From Entomortierella parvispora E1425 (lineage: Eukaryota > Fungi > Mortierellomycota), in contig BQFW01000011.1 in the NCBI GenBank assembly GCA_020891255.1, positions 682,001 to 746,000 on the forward strand: 64,000 nucleotides of DNA, in the 5' to 3' direction. A program made the translations under genes and the position numbers. The notes beneath the pieces were generated by a model, which was not told the DNA's origin, ran no database searches, and worked only from the letters and a program-made list of their open reading frames with translations. Positions within the stretch are counted from its first letter, which is position 1. The number at the start of each line of letters is the position of its first letter. Of this stretch, positions 62,429-64,000 are shown piece by piece.

Positions 62429-63213
62429 TGTATTTGTAAGCGAGCAATAATTCTTTTCAAGAGCGCGCTGAGCTTGTTTGTGTGTATATTTGTCTCTGTA
62501 CGTGGTCTATGCCTATGTGTTTGTGAGCGACAGCACGGCAAAGGCAAATAAAGCAAGGGAGGATGGATGTTAGAAAGGGTATATGATATCTGAAAAAAGA
62601 GAGAAGGAAAAGAAAGAAGGAAAAAGCGAGAGCAAGACCGGTATTTATGAGGATGAAATTCGCTCGTCTCACTAAGGTTCATCACGCAGATGCGGGCACG
62701 GCGGATGGACTATGGACAACAAGAAAGGGTCAAGGTCTTCCGTGAGTGCAGCAGTGAAAGGGGTCCCCTGGGGTCGATAACGGTACGTTCCTGTATCGGC
62801 AAACATCGCACAACCGCTGCAAGGAAAGGCCGAACCCCCTCGCATTATTGACGCCCTCAACGGGCATGGGCTGGTCTTTGTCGCCCCGTTTAGGCGAAAG
62901 CGCGGTCAATTGATGACATCAAAGACCATGATACCTCTCTATCGGGTATCGGTTTCAGAGCAAAGTCAATTTCAAAGAAACCCGAACGTCACCGGAACTT
63001 TCATCGCGCGGAAAGACATCCATGTCCCAGAAAGGCGAGAACAGGCCACGCTGCCATTGGCCGCCACTGCGATCGAGAGATGCCACTTCAGCGGGTATCT
63101 GAGTGCAGCGCAGACTTGCCTCTTCTTCTCTTTACTCCACCTCTTGACTTCGCTTTATCCCTTCCCCCCCATCCTACCTGCACCCCTCTTTCCACCCCAC
63201 AATCTCTTCAAAC

Positions 63214-64000
63214 ATGTCATTGGCCAAGCAAAACTTTTCTTCTGCCTCTGAAGAGGCGATTAACCACCAGGTACAAATCGCAATGCATTCTTTCCCACAT
63301 TGGTTAGCATGCTCACATGCAGCTGCCCATGTGTTGCTCTTTGAATGTACCCTCTCTTTTGAGGGTCTTCTGTCGGCCTGTATTATGTTCTTCTGTTTCC
63401 CCGCCTTTGTTCTAACCCCTTCAATTGGCCCATCAATTGTTTTAACAGATCAGCCAGGAGCTCCAGGCCTCCCAGGTCTACTTGTCCTTGGCTGCATGGG
63501 CTGGCCACGTCAACCAGGCTTTGCCTGGTCTCGAGAAGTTCTTCAAGGAGAGCGCTGAAGAAGAGCGTGAGCATGCTCAGAAGCTGATTGACTACCAGAA
63601 CCGTCGTGGTGGCAAGGTCATCCTCCAGACGCTCCAGGCCCCTGAGGCCGACTGGTCCTCTGCTCGTAACGCCATCGAATCGACTCTTCAGCTCGAGAAG
63701 GGTGAGTAACAATCCCTTTTTACTCTTTATTGCCCAGCATAATCTTTTTTCCCGGAAAACGATGCCCTTGTCTTGCGTAGACAGTCATTCACCCTCCCAT
63801 GTGGGCTCAGAGAGTGAGGGGTGGATGTTGGAACGCAACTGGAGAAGACAGATGTTGATGTTTACGAGTCAAAGCGCAAATCTCAAAGCACAAGAGAGAA
63901 GAGGAGTAACAAATCGACTGACCTATTTTACCACATTTGCTCCAAACAAAATAGATGTCAACAAGAGCTTGCTTAACCTTCACAAGGTTGCTGAGGAGAA
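63214..64000 (+). CDS. Ferritin, H-type, 3' end beyond window
   Basis: Exons give MSLAKQNFSSASEEAINHQ|ISQELQASQVYLSL...FFKESAEEEREHAQKLIDYQNRRGGKV...LQLEK|DVNKSLLNLHKVAEE; ferroxidase residues present. Confidence 0.95.

Noticed and set aside
63050-63213. Iron-responsive element upstream of ferritin
   Set aside because: No CAGUGN loop on a proper stem.
1-64000. rRNA or tRNA genes
   Set aside because: None recognised by eye; tRNAscan-SE and barrnap were not run.

Overview
Eukaryotic, intron-rich fungal DNA; the gene style (H-type ferritin, PLHIPEIL-type F-box start, short GT-AG introns) suggests Mucoromycota, probably Mortierellaceae (inference). Housekeeping genes: tubulin cofactor B, striatin, a C1+Pex24p-family protein, a PAP2 lipid phosphatase, CTK3, an F-box/LRR protein, TOR, SEN1, an M28 peptidase and ferritin (runs off the right edge). 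Bases 1-7.3 kb are degenerate and repeat-rich. Bases 18.9-33.3 kb form a nested mobile-DNA island. Its core is a 4-exon gene (24377-28933, +) that splices in frame into one 1431-aa protein: an N-terminal XPG/FEN1-type (PIN + H3TH) nuclease joined to a C-terminal Fanzor1/TnpB-type RuvC nuclease with the rearranged catalytic glutamate and a Zn finger. About 230 nt of candidate omega-RNA sequence follows it. This unit appears to sit between two halves of an opposite-strand C2H2-zinc-finger / restriction-endonuclease-fold gene. That region lies between long inverted arms and 9-bp satellite foldback arrays, which carry a 9-bp-TSD MITE and a 5'-truncated LINE. All domain calls come from reading motifs by eye; no database searches were run.
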